A stretch of 64,000 nucleotides of DNA from Octopus vulgaris (lineage: Eukaryota), in NCBI GenBank assembly GCA_951406725.2, contig OX597831.1:47244001-47308000 (forward strand). Reading direction: 5' to 3'. The notes beneath the pieces were generated by a model. It was not told where the DNA came from and did not search any database. It saw only the letters and a list, made by a program, of their open reading frames with translations. A program made the translations under genes and the position numbers. This document shows, in pieces, positions 63,484 through 64,000 of the stretch (positions are counted from its first letter, which is position 1; each line of letters begins with the position of its first letter).

Positions 63484-63697
63484 GGTAATTTTGGTGAAGT
63501 GTACAAGGGTAAATATAAACCAGAAGACAAGGTGGTAGCAGTAAAAACATGTCGAGATAGTTTAACCGAGGAACAACGAAAAACCTTCCTGCAAGAAGGA
63601 CGTATTCTAAAACAATACGATCATCCTAATATCGTAAAATTCATTGGCATTGCAGCCCAGAGAAAACCTGTCATGATTGTCATGGAGTATGTTGAAG
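63484..63697 (+). CDS. FER: Tyrosine kinase N-lobe exon, 214 nt, phase 0-1 (GNFGEVYKG...VAVKTC...[23 protein letters not shown]...IVMEYVE)
   Basis: cctcag| and G|gtaagg. Gly-rich loop, VAVK and the Fer-typical '[16 protein letters not shown]'. Confidence 0.97.
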
Positions 63698-63744
63698 GTA
63701 AGGCACTTAGGATTATTATGAAAAAATTTTAAAGACAAAATATT

Positions 63745-64000
63745 GGCTGTATGATTAAGAAGCTTGCTTTGCAACCATGTGGTTTTGGGTTCAGTCCCAC
63801 TTCACAGCATCTTGAGCAAATGTCTTCTACTATCAGCCCGGGCTGTCACAATACTTTGTGAGTGACATTGGTTGATGGAAGCTATATGGAAGCCAGTCAT
63901 GTATGTGTGTCTGTGTTTGACAACTGCTGTTAGATCCATATCCTCATAACTTAGTGGTTTGGCAAAATGGACTCACAGAATAAGCACCGGACTTTAAAAA
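63745..64000 (+). mobile_element. SINE family B (runs off the window)
   Basis: tggctgtatgattaagaagcttgc...gggttcagtcccact. Confidence 0.75.

Larger units (their letters stand above)
10265..63697 (+). other. FER: Fer/Fes-family tyrosine kinase gene, internal portion (5' and 3' ends outside the window)
   Basis: Chained exons encode an F-BAR coiled-coil, an SH2 domain (WFHG...FLVRES) and a kinase N-lobe (IGN|GNFGEV, VAVK, HPNIV). This domain order is diagnostic of Fer/Fes. Splice phases are consistent across all exons. Confidence 0.95.

Overview
AT-rich eukaryotic genomic DNA packed with microsatellites and SINEs. The repeat families look like those of Octopus (coleoid cephalopod); this is recognition from memory, not a search result. 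The + strand carries the internal part of one Fer/Fes-family non-receptor tyrosine kinase gene (F-BAR - FX - SH2 - kinase). Ten exons are well supported (10265-63697): all have AG/GT boundaries and their phases chain into one open frame. The first coding exon was not found and probably lies upstream; the rest of the kinase domain lies downstream. Three more phase-0/phase-0 exon candidates (132, 204 and 198 nt) sit in the FX-SH2 linker. Each starts with Asp and ends with Glu, and together they form the most interesting feature: a possible cassette or mutually exclusive exon cluster with Rbfox-type motifs nearby. The introns hold three tRNA-derived SINE families, RTE, CR1, R4/Dong-like and Penelope-like retroelement fragments, MITEs of four types with TIRs/TSDs, several long fold-back inverted repeats and three minisatellites. 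Almost all ORFs in the supplied track are microsatellite or SINE artefacts. No prokaryote-type system (CRISPR etc.) is present.
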